Origin: a virus
Virus record (IMG/VR): IMGVR_UViG_3300020200_000009
Coordinates: 1-64,000 of that record
Length of the DNA: 64,000 nucleotides
Direction: 5' to 3' (one strand)
The notes beneath the pieces are model-generated. The model was not told the DNA's origin, made no database searches, and saw only the letters and a program-made list of their open reading frames with translations. Within the stretch, counting starts at the first letter, position 1, and each line of letters starts with the position of its first letter. Positions 1 to 8,300 of this stretch are shown piece by piece. Made by a program: the position numbers and the translations under genes.

Positions 1-2
1 CA

Positions 3-49
3 AACTGGCACATTCTCACCCCCTGGAGACCCCTGGGGGTGCTTATAAT
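3..49 (+). promoter_or_regulatory. Early-type promoter cassette (AACTGNCAC half-palindrome + TATAAT), truncated by the window edge
   Basis: AACTGGCAC at 3-11 and TATAAT at 44-49; similar layout to the cassettes at 1354 and 1639; lies upstream of the helicase ATG at 71. Confidence 0.6.
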
Positions 50-70
50 ATCTGAGCAATCACAGATTTC

Positions 71-1312
71 ATGAAACTTCGTCCCCACCAGATTCGTGCA
101 CTTGATGCAATGCGTCAACATTGCAAAGGTCAAATTGTCATTCCTACTGGTGGTGGCAAGACTTTTGTGATGATTCACCATACGCTGCATCTTCTCAACA
201 ATCCCCGCACGATTGTTGTTGTTGCTCCGCGTATTCTTCTTGCTACTCAACTGTGTGATGAGTTCGTGCAAGAGTTGCAGGAGCATCCTCACAATGCAGT
301 GCATGTATGTCATGCTCACAGCGGAGAATCGCACTATTTTCACTCTACCAACAGTGACAACATTGCGCTTTTCAATAATACTGCGCGAGCAGCAGGTGAG
401 TCCTGCATCATATTCACTACCTACCACAGTTTGCCCCGCATTGTTGATGCTGGCATCGACGTAGATTGTATCTATTTTGATGAGGCACACAATGGTTGCG
501 CGAAGTCTTTCTTTGTGAGTGTTGCTGCGATGTCTGACATGGCACAATCTTGCTACTTCTTCACTGCAACTCCGCGCATCTCTCAGAAACATGACCGTGG
601 CATGAATTATGTGCCTGTGTGGGGTAACGTTATCGAGAATGTGCCCGCACCTGAGTTGATTGCTGGTGGTAGTATTATTCCTCCCACTATCGTACCTTTT
701 CACACCGAGCATACTGTAGACAAGCAGAATCCGCATATTGTGCACTCTAACACTGTGCAAGATATCATCGACAATCTCGATGAAACTCATGCTGCTAAGG
801 TGTTGGTTGCTGTGCCATCTTCCAAGGTGCTCGGTAACATCCTCGGTCACACAGATATCATCAGTCAACTGCAAGAGCGTGGATACGATGTACTCCACGT
901 CACATCCAAGTTCGGTGCTTATGTCAATCAAACCAAAGTCAATCGCGAAAAGTTCTTTGAAACTCTCACTCAATGGGGTAAAGATGAAGCGCGTAAGTTT
1001 GTTCTCTTTCATTACAGCATCCTGTCGGAAGGTATCAACGTCCCTGGTCTCACTCACACGATACTTCTGCGGAATCTTAACATCGTCGAAATGGCACAAA
1101 CTATCGGTCGCGTTATCAGACTTGATAGGAGAGATTCCGCTGACATTGCGAGCGGTGCTATTCCTCCTGGCGCTCTGCATTTGTATCGCAAATCCACTGG
1201 TTACGTTACTGTGCCTGTGCATCGCAATTATGGTCCCCAAATTATCAAACGACTGCAGCGAGTAGTTGATGAGATCTTTGTGAATGGCACCGCTCCCACC
1301 GCTCTCGTGTGA
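71..1312 (+). CDS. Superfamily II (DEAH) helicase, type III restriction Res-like
   Basis: Walker A PTGGGKT, DEAH, FTATP (motif III), SEGINVP (V), QTIGRVIR (VI). Confidence 0.9.
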   Translation: MKLRPHQIRALDAMRQHCKGQIVIPTGGGKTFVMIHHTLHLLNNPRTIVVVAPRILLATQLCDEFVQELQEHPHNAVHVCHAHSGESHYFHSTNSDNIALFNNTARAAGESCIIFTTYHSLPRIVDAGIDVDCIYFDEAHNGCAKSFFVSVAAMSDMAQSCYFFTATPRISQKHDRGMNYVPVWGNVIENVPAPELIAGGSIIPPTIVPFHTEHTVDKQNPHIVHSNTVQDIIDNLDETHAAKVLVAVPSSKVLGNILGHTDIISQLQERGYDVLHVTSKFGAYVNQTKVNREKFFETLTQWGKDEARKFVLFHYSILSEGINVPGLTHTILLRNLNIVEMAQTIGRVIRLDRRDSADIASGAIPPGALHLYRKSTGYVTVPVHRNYGPQIIKRLQRVVDEIFVNGTAPTALV

Positions 1313-1353
1313 CCTGGTGTCCTACCATCACAAACACCATCAGCACCGCTGTA

Positions 1354-1413
1354 GTGGACACTATGACGAACTGTCCACCAGAGGTCGCCAGGCGCCCCCA
1401 GAGACCCTATATT
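1354..1413 (+). promoter_or_regulatory. Early promoter cassette: inverted repeat + sigma70-like promoter
   Basis: GTGGACA-N11-TGTCCAC (1354-1378), then TCGCCA(1385-1390)-17 bp-TATATT(1408-1413). Confidence 0.7.
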
Positions 1414-1458
1414 AAAGAGGTCAAGGGGGGAAAGACCTCCCACACTTAATTCCCAATC

Positions 1459-1632
1459 GTGAATCGTCAAGAACTTCTCGAAGCATACATCGACCGCATC
1501 CTTGACAACATGTCCACCAAAGATTTGATGCGTTTGGTAGGCGACCAGATCGAAGAAAATCTCTCTGGTTATAGCGACGAGGAACTGATTGCAGAGGTTG
1601 AAGAATATTATCCTGACCTGCTGGAGGACTGA
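1459..1632 (+). CDS. Small acidic hypothetical protein (57 aa, GTG start; not in the ORF track)
   Basis: Translated by hand: MNRQELLEAYIDRILDNMSTKDLMRLVGDQIEENLSGYSDEELIAEVEEYYPDLLED; fills the gap between two promoter cassettes. Confidence 0.8.
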   Translation: MNRQELLEAYIDRILDNMSTKDLMRLVGDQIEENLSGYSDEELIAEVEEYYPDLLED

Positions 1633-1638
1633 GACTCC

Positions 1639-1698
1639 GTGTGACAGTCCCCGAACTGTCCACAAGGGGTTGCAATCCCCCCCAATCGCTGCCATACT
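1639..1698 (+). promoter_or_regulatory. Early promoter cassette: inverted repeat + sigma70-like promoter
   Basis: GTGTGACAGT-N6-ACTGTCCAC (1639-1663), then TTGCAA(1670-1675)-17 bp-CATACT(1693-1698). Confidence 0.75.
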
Positions 1699-1724
1699 AC
1701 AAGAGTCAACCAAACAACCCAACC

Positions 1725-2039
1725 ATGCGTAAGATTGAATCCAAGATGAATGACGCCATCATCGATGGCAAGGATTTCAAGTCTGGCAACACTCAAGTCG
1801 TCACCATCAGCGACGTGTCGTTTGTCTATCTGCACGGCAATCACATCGCTTCCATTGGCAACGACTTCATCCAACTCTTCTCTGGTGGTTGGCACTCTGT
1901 GACCACCAAATCTCGTCTCAATGCACTTCTCTCCGTGCATGGTCTGCCTGGTGAGAAAGTCTTCCAGAAGAACTTTCAGTGGTTTGTGCAACAGGAAGGT
2001 GGTGCAATTCCTTTCTTTGATGGTATGCGTCTCGCTTGA
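1725..2039 (+). CDS. Hypothetical protein (MRKIESKM..., cyanophage early-region type)
   Basis: ATG at 1725 lies downstream of the promoter cassette; the track's 1641 start falls inside the promoter. Confidence 0.8.
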   Translation: MRKIESKMNDAIIDGKDFKSGNTQVVTISDVSFVYLHGNHIASIGNDFIQLFSGGWHSVTTKSRLNALLSVHGLPGEKVFQKNFQWFVQQEGGAIPFFDGMRLA

Positions 2040-2077
2040 TGAAACGACTGACATTCAAGAAAATCTCTCCTCAGAAA

Positions 2078-2203
2078 ATGAAACTACTCTCTCTCACTTT
2101 CCTGGTTTGCTTTCTTCTCTTCCCTTCAGTGCGATATAAAACTGGTAGCGTCATTCATGCTGCTGCCGATGTTATCCAGTCCACCGCACAATCTGCAGAA
2201 TAA
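2078..2203 (+). CDS. Small membrane/secreted peptide (41 aa)
   Basis: MKLLSLTFLVCFLLFPSVRYKTGSVIHAAADVIQSTAQSAE; hydrophobic N-terminus; stop 3 nt before the next ATG. Confidence 0.6.
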   Translation: MKLLSLTFLVCFLLFPSVRYKTGSVIHAAADVIQSTAQSAE

Positions 2204-2206
2204 ATC

Positions 2207-2404
2207 ATGCAATTCCAAGTTACCTACATTGAGTTCGATTTCGACGGTGAAGATGATATAGATGCCTATGAGAAAGACACCATTACTTCCGAAGTGATTG
2301 GTACATTCTGGGAAGCAGTAGATGAAGATGACCTCGTAGAAGAAATTACATGTGCATCAGGTTGGTGCATCAAGTCCATCGATTATCGTCACATTCTCAA
2401 CTAA
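2207..2404 (+). CDS. Acidic hypothetical protein (65 aa)
   Basis: ORF track; tight packing; C-terminal DLVEEITCASGWCIKSIDY resembles cyanophage early hypotheticals. Confidence 0.8.
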   Translation: MQFQVTYIEFDFDGEDDIDAYEKDTITSEVIGTFWEAVDEDDLVEEITCASGWCIKSIDYRHILN

Positions 2405-2409
2405 ACATC

Positions 2410-2520
2410 ATGTCTCGCTCACAACGTCAATCTCACATGGTTAAAACGAATACGACCCCGATTCGTTCTAACTTCGCTTCACACAACAAATATCTTGCTC
2501 AATCTCGCCCCTCTAAATAA
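2410..2520 (+). CDS. Possible small basic peptide (36 aa)
   Basis: MSRSQRQSHMVKTNTTPIRSNFASHNKYLAQSRPSK; fills the intergenic gap. Confidence 0.4.
   Translation: MSRSQRQSHMVKTNTTPIRSNFASHNKYLAQSRPSK
2513..2519 (+). promoter_or_regulatory. T4-like late promoter (CTAAATA)
   Basis: Matches the gp55-type (A/C)TAAATA motif 21 nt upstream of ATG 2541. Confidence 0.5.
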
Positions 2521-2540
2521 AATTACATACATTATATCCA

Positions 2541-3182
2541 ATGACATCCAATCCACTCTCTGATAATCTTACTGAAACAATCGCTAATCAACAGGAAACC
2601 TACGGTGTGTTTCCTATTCCAGTTTCTAAGATTAAACTCGCAAATCATGAAACTTACAAGAAGCAAATCCTTAATTGGATGAGTACGCAAGATTTTTTGA
2701 AGCAACACGGTCGCGAAGCAATTTGTTTTAATGTCTTACAAGTTGGACCCACAAATCAACTCCTTCTCGATCTACCTGACCTCGCTCAAGATATACTCGA
2801 CGCTGTTAATAAACATAACGACAACGCTCACAAATATGCTTCCAATCTTGCCATCTCTGAATCATACCTAGAACTCCACAATAAAGGTGCAATCTATGCT
2901 CCTCACGAGCACTCGAATTGTTTATTCTCTCTTACCTATTTTGTCAACTATGATGTAGAACGACATGCTTACCTAAAGTTTAGACGTAACGTGTCTTCCA
3001 TGCATTACCCTGTCATCCAAATTGATTCCAAAGAGATGACACCTTACAACATGACCGAAGCAACATTTAACATGGCAGAAGGTGATGTTGTCATCTATCC
3101 TGCTAATATGACCCATGGTTATGATAACAACTACAACGATGAAAGAATCACTCTCACTGCCAACATCGTCCCCTCTGAATGA
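2541..3182 (+). CDS. 2OG-Fe(II) oxygenase (TIGR02466-like)
   Basis: N-terminal FPIPV, HEH metal motif, EGDVVIYPANMTH distal His, RITLTANI C-terminal Arg strand. Confidence 0.85.
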   Translation: MTSNPLSDNLTETIANQQETYGVFPIPVSKIKLANHETYKKQILNWMSTQDFLKQHGREAICFNVLQVGPTNQLLLDLPDLAQDILDAVNKHNDNAHKYASNLAISESYLELHNKGAIYAPHEHSNCLFSLTYFVNYDVERHAYLKFRRNVSSMHYPVIQIDSKEMTPYNMTEATFNMAEGDVVIYPANMTHGYDNNYNDERITLTANIVPSE

Positions 3183-3183
3183 T

Positions 3184-3217
3184 AGTTTTCCACAGATTCC
3201 GCAGATTGTGGAAAACT
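3184..3217. repeat. 11-bp inverted repeat made of two opposed TTTTCCACA boxes (terminator and/or DnaA boxes)
   Basis: AGTTTTCCACA (3184-3194) and TGTGGAAAACT (3207-3217), followed by a T run. Confidence 0.8.
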
Positions 3218-3347
3218 TTTAAATGTTAAAATAAATATAAACTAGCGAAGTATTCGTCTCGTTATTCTTTAGATCTATTGTAGTCTTAGAGCGTAACACA
3301 TGAAACGAGATTTTGTCAACACATCAGCATCCCAAATATGCAAGGAC

Positions 3348-3376
3348 TTGACAAACACTTTGCTACTCTCTATAAT
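3348..3376 (+). promoter_or_regulatory. Perfect sigma70 consensus promoter
   Basis: TTGACA(3348-3353)-17 bp-TATAAT(3371-3376), upstream of ATG 3400. Confidence 0.85.
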
Positions 3377-3399
3377 TACAAAGCAACCACGCAAACTAC

Positions 3400-3588
3400 A
3401 TGGGAAGGACATACAAACGCAACGACCTACATAACACACGACGCCCGAAAAGTATCAGGGAAAAACGTCAATTCAATGGCAGCAAACGCCAGACTAATTT
3501 TGACAACGATTCCCAGGACTTTTCCACAGGGTATAACAAACTGCCCCGACAGTATGACAATTATTTCGAGGAACATGACGATGCTTAG
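3400..3588 (+). CDS. Hypothetical protein with a basic N-terminus (MGRTYKRND...)
   Basis: First ATG after the consensus promoter. Confidence 0.75.
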   Translation: MGRTYKRNDLHNTRRPKSIREKRQFNGSKRQTNFDNDSQDFSTGYNKLPRQYDNYFEEHDDA

Positions 3589-3745
3589 TAATGCCTACGA
3601 TGACCCACATGACCGCTCGCTCATTGATAGCGATGACGTTGATGATGACTGGATTGATAGTATACTGAAAGAGGCAGATGATGACCTCTACGATGATGCT
3701 AGTTTACTCGAATTCGCTCCTGATGATAGGGGGGACTGGTCATGA
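3581..3745 (+). CDS. Very acidic small protein (~54 aa)
   Basis: C-terminal part of track ORF 3338-3745; GAGG RBS at 3568; start 3575 or 3581; ATGA overlap with the next gene. Confidence 0.65.
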   Translation: MLSNAYDDPHDRSLIDSDDVDDDWIDSILKEADDDLYDDASLLEFAPDDRGDWS

Positions 3746-3909
3746 GTAAGATAGTCGAATTGCAGACAATTCCTCCCGTTAATGTTAAACTATGGGAGAA
3801 GAATAAGCGTTATTTCTGGGCATATGATTATGATGCATGTCCTAAGAATGGTCCATTCAATTCCTCCAACCTTGCATTAGCGGACGCCTTAGACTATAGC
3901 ACAAAATGA
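3742..3909 (+). CDS. Hypothetical protein (55 aa; not in the ORF track)
   Basis: MSKIVELQTIPPVNVKLWEKNKRYFWAYDYDACPKNGPFNSSNLALADALDYSTK; ATGA overlaps at both ends. Confidence 0.75.
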   Translation: MSKIVELQTIPPVNVKLWEKNKRYFWAYDYDACPKNGPFNSSNLALADALDYSTK

Positions 3910-4103
3910 ATAGTATGTCAACCCACATTGAGGTCCAATTGGATCTATATGATGAAGGACAATTACCACCAGAAGAGCAAGTGCAACTCATGCAATTATT
4001 GATAGATATGGATATGGCACATCACCTCACAGAGTATCAACAATTCTGTGAATATTGCATCGCTGAAGAGTTATGCTATGATGTGAAATCACAGTGCAGT
4101 TGA
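3906..4103 (+). CDS. Acidic hypothetical protein
   Basis: ORF track; coupled to the upstream gene by ATGA. Confidence 0.7.
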   Translation: MNSMSTHIEVQLDLYDEGQLPPEEQVQLMQLLIDMDMAHHLTEYQQFCEYCIAEELCYDVKSQCS

Positions 4104-4272
4104 TGTCTCTGAGGACAGTGTAATCGGTCGCGTTATGTGTATACGCGGTGCGGGTATACGTATATAAAAAACATCCCTAGAGCTAACCTACAACAGTATC
4201 CCAGTGCCCTCGCAATATATCAAAATGAAACTACGGGTCCCCCCATCTGAAAAAAATTTTCCAGGTTATAAA

Positions 4273-4389
4273 TTGTCCACCAGGGTTTCGATAACTGAGC
4301 AAATAGAATACATTTTCATAACCCTCTCAGAGGCGCTTAGAATCGCCTATAATGCCCTTGTCAACACTATCCTTAGAAAAAGTAAGTAA
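4273..4389 (+). CDS. Possible small hypothetical protein (start uncertain)
   Basis: 3' part of track ORF 4204-4389; stop 2 nt before the NlpC/P60 start. Confidence 0.35.
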   Translation: MSTRVSITEQIEYIFITLSEALRIAYNALVNTILRKSK

Positions 4390-4391
4390 CT

Positions 4392-4892
4392 ATGAGTAAT
4401 CGTGACAATGAATGGTTTGCCATTAACGAACAATGGAAAGACTTGATAGGTCTTCCATGGACAGGCAGACGTATATACGGATGTTATGAAATTATTCGAA
4501 AATATTTCAAAGCGAAGTATGGGATGAAGTTGATTGATTTCAATAAGATGGGAGTCTTTGCATTTACAGATGAGGCAATTGAAGAGAGTGCTGCTGGGTG
4601 GGCTTATAGAAAAGAATGGGGAGATGAATTAGACTTTGATAGTTTACAAGCAGAAGATGTCTTAGTATTTCTTTTGTATACAACTCCTCTTGGTGGAGCG
4701 TATTCTGCACCAGTAGGGAGAGCACCTAATCACGGGGCAGTTTATCTTGGTAATGGATTTATGTTACATCATCCTTATGATGGTTTGTCGGAAATTGCAG
4801 ACCTCAGACTAGGCGCTTCTGCCATATGGCGTCAATCCTGTGTCGGTGCAATTCGTGGCAATCCTGGTGCAATTCCTGCGAATCCTATATAA
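4392..4892 (+). CDS. NlpC/P60-family cysteine peptidase (lambda gpK C-domain-like)
   Basis: LIGLPW...GCYEIIRKYF catalytic Cys; NHGAVYLGNGFMLHH His motif. Confidence 0.8.
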   Translation: MSNRDNEWFAINEQWKDLIGLPWTGRRIYGCYEIIRKYFKAKYGMKLIDFNKMGVFAFTDEAIEESAAGWAYRKEWGDELDFDSLQAEDVLVFLLYTTPLGGAYSAPVGRAPNHGAVYLGNGFMLHHPYDGLSEIADLRLGASAIWRQSCVGAIRGNPGAIPANPI

Positions 4893-4906
4893 GAGGATAT
4901 AGCAAG

Positions 4907-5077
4907 ATGACTATGAAGAGATATGTTTTAGATGTTGAGGAAGACGAGCATACTGGAGAGTGTTATGTCACATTTCCTGAGGAATTGCTTGAAGAGACTG
5001 GATGGGAAGAAGGCACACAATTAGAATGGTCCGAAGAGATTGATGGATCTATTATCCTTCGGAAAGTTGAAGAGTAA
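4907..5077 (+). CDS. AbrB/MazE/SpoVT-like small DNA-binding protein
   Basis: YVTFPEELLEETGWEEGTQLEW...GSIILRK fits the swapped-hairpin pattern. Confidence 0.65.
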   Translation: MTMKRYVLDVEEDEHTGECYVTFPEELLEETGWEEGTQLEWSEEIDGSIILRKVEE

Positions 5078-5102
5078 AAAAATCCGAAAAACCGCGTTAA
5101 CC

Positions 5103-5369
5103 ATGAATAACGATTATGATAGAGAAGAGGTAGTAGGTGATATTCCTACTGAATTCAACTCACCAGAAGAATATACCACGTGGTGTGTAAATAATTTAGC
5201 GCAAGCAATTACTAATTTATCCACTCGTATTACTAACTTGGAAATGATTATCCAAAAAATACCGCCCCCAGGTGCTGATATGATTCAGTATAAAATTCCA
5301 GGTACGGATGACTATAAAAATGTAAAAGAATTATTTGATGATATCTATTCAAAAATAGAGTCTAAATAA
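5103..5369 (+). CDS. Hypothetical protein with a coiled-coil segment
   Basis: Likely ATG at 5103 within track ORF 5040-5369. Confidence 0.7.
   Translation: MNNDYDREEVVGDIPTEFNSPEEYTTWCVNNLAQAITNLSTRITNLEMIIQKIPPPGADMIQYKIPGTDDYKNVKELFDDIYSKIESK
5362..5368 (+). promoter_or_regulatory. Late promoter CTAAATA
   Basis: 24 nt upstream of ATG 5393. Confidence 0.65.
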
Positions 5370-5392
5370 TTCAACGCAAGAGTTTCCGTATA

Positions 5393-8300
5393 ATGCCCGC
5401 GTTTATATTAGAAACAGGTAGAGGATATCCAAACCCAATTGATGCTCAGGGGTATAGCACTGTATTTAAACGTCCAGCATCAGGGTCTTACCGTGGCGGG
5501 CACAATCCAAATATTGGCACAGGCACAGATTATCAAATTACATATGAGGGGTCAGGTCCAGGGTCTTTTCCTTTAGGGAAAGATTCTGTGCATTATATTG
5601 GTGACCAAGAACCTACATGTGTTGCAGATTGTGGTAAAACTAGACGACCCATATATCGTTGGTATCGTGGTGTAAAGAGAGACCATAAGTATACCTCAGA
5701 ACCTGAAATCCGCAAAGTGGATATGGGTTGCGAAAATGAGGATTGGAAAGAGGCAGCATCTGGTTACAATGCAGAGCCTCGTAGTAAAAAAGGTGTCTTC
5801 TATGTAATGGACCGCTACGTTAATGGTAGTGTGCCGCTAAAGGCTTGGTATTCACATTGGCCTGATAATTCATATTTAACTATAGGCACCAACCTACCCG
5901 AACCAGCGCAGATTGGTTGCGGGAGAAACTATTATACAGAAGTCGAAACCCTTGGATATGTTTTTACTACTCAAGCTGCAGCAGCTGCATATGGTGCGAC
6001 AGTAAAACCTTTACACCATTATCGTATGGGGAATTATGGTGACGGTAATGGTGAAGCAAAAGCGATTGATGATTTTTATACAATCACTCCAGAGAGTGAA
6101 GTTAATCTAGATGGTCCAATCGAGCCAGCGAAGCGGATGAAGCGGGAGTATAAGTATAAGGGAATTCTCTGCTATGTCTTTGTAGAAAGCTCACCAGAAT
6201 CTCCTCGTAAAAAAGTAGTTGATATTGGAAAGATTGGACCTACAGGACAATGTGTTGATAAGTCTGGATGGTATCAATTTAAATCAACAGGAATATTTTC
6301 ATATCGAGGTTATCGTACTATGTCTGGGACACCAGGTGTAGTTGGATTTGGTAATCCAGATAATGCTTCTATTATTTCAGCAAATGCAAACTTCGAATGG
6401 TTGTATGGATTAAATGGGGCTATTAAAGGAGCAGTGCCTCGGTTTCTAAGTTTTGAAGATTCATATGATTCTCAGTTTGTGTATTACCTATATGATACTT
6501 CATATCCATGGAATGGTCCTATCTTTGGTATTCAATACTTATTGAATAATGTGCCATGTTGCCCAAATGCCATGATAGGCCCCCCACCAACACCAATCTG
6601 TAATAAGGTAGAGAATTATCATTCTCACTTTTATCAAATCCGCCAGGATTCTTGGCAAACAACAAGAACTAAATTAACAATTAATGATTTGTCTACTTAT
6701 GGTGTAAATGAATCGTTTGTCACTATCGATACTGATAGTCCTAGAATCATGTTTAGATATCTTACTCGCACTGGAGATTATAATAGTGGCGAGAAAATTA
6801 ATGGATGGAATATTACTAAGGTTTTATATTATGGGGATGAATTGAAATGTGGTGTTATGGACCTAACCAAAAATGATGGAGTTGGAAATGCATTTACTTA
6901 TTTACAACAATTCACATCTACAGACGGTGGCACAATTCAAGTATTAGCAGGATTTGGAATTGGTAACAAAGCAGCGTTTGCTGGTGTGTATGAATTTCCT
7001 AAGAAAGTTTCTTACTATAAAGTTGAAATTAATCCCGAACATTTGATTCCGTCACGCACACTTGATGTAGCAAAAGCAGAAGCAGTCGTGAATGAAGTTG
7101 GAGCAATTACTTCTGTTAATATAATTAATGGTGGACGTGGTTATAGGAAACCTAATGTAGTTGCAATCTATCCTCGTGTCGATCAGAGTTGGTCTGCAAC
7201 TGACCTTGCAAAAACTCAAGAGGGTGCACTGAGTGGCACTACAGATGCAGCAGAAGCTTTACCAAGACCAGAAGTTGATGGTCAAATAAATGATGTAGTG
7301 CGTGATGCAGTTAAAGCACAGGGGATTGAGGATAAGAGAATTAAATTTCCCATAGACAAAGATGGGGATAAATTTGAATTGCGTCAAGCAAAATTAAAGG
7401 TTACCGAATTAAGTCCAGATGGTGTAATCATGTCCATTGGTGTTGTGGATGGTGGGGCAGGATATAGTCAATCTGAATTACCATCAGTCTTTATTACAGA
7501 CCCAGATGTATACACCCGAAAAGCTGAGGACCTTGGTCCTTTGGATAAGGAAACAGATTATTTTACCAAGGATGCATTCAAAAACGTTAAGATTCCATCG
7601 AGTGTAGGTAGTAGTGGTGGTGATGGAATAAGTCAATTAAAAAATATTATACAATCATCATTTAACATACTACAACAAAATACTGGAGGCGATCTTAATG
7701 CTGGTGGAGCGGTGCAGGTGCCAGACAGTTATATTCGCATGGCAGAAATAGATACTGCTAAAACTAGATATTGTACTAATCTACCAGCAACTTGTATTAA
7801 CATTGATGGTGATACTGGTGGAGTCCTTACGTCATTGCCAAACGCAGAAAATTTTAAATACCTGATGGCAAATAGTGGATTTGCAAAGTTTTATAAAGAA
7901 GGAATGTCTCAAGTATATGATATTGTTAAAAAGAATGATGAGCATAGTCGAACTGTTGGGAAAGGACTATATGGTGCCCAAGGAGGAAATCCTTGCCTGG
8001 ATGTATCACAACCCAAACTGTACAACGTACAACGTTGGTTTGATGTGCCTTGTGCATACTTAGCAGTTGGGTCTGATGGCAAACAAAAAGCTTTTGGATA
8101 TATGCCATTTAAATATTGTGCTTCAAATGAGATAGATGCATCCTTTACAGTTTCGTTGCATTTTGAAGGCAGCACAATAGGTCCACAAGGTGCACAATTT
8201 ATGAATTTTCTCAACACCTTTAAAAAACCAAAATTAACAGAAAAACGCAAAGCAGACGGTGGATATAAAACTTGGAGTTGCACTCAAGGGGTTGTAAAAG

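Noticed and set aside
3338-3574. N-terminal part of the 135-aa track ORF 3338-3745
   Set aside because: Starts upstream of the consensus promoter and overlaps the 3400 gene; only the acidic C-terminal part has an RBS
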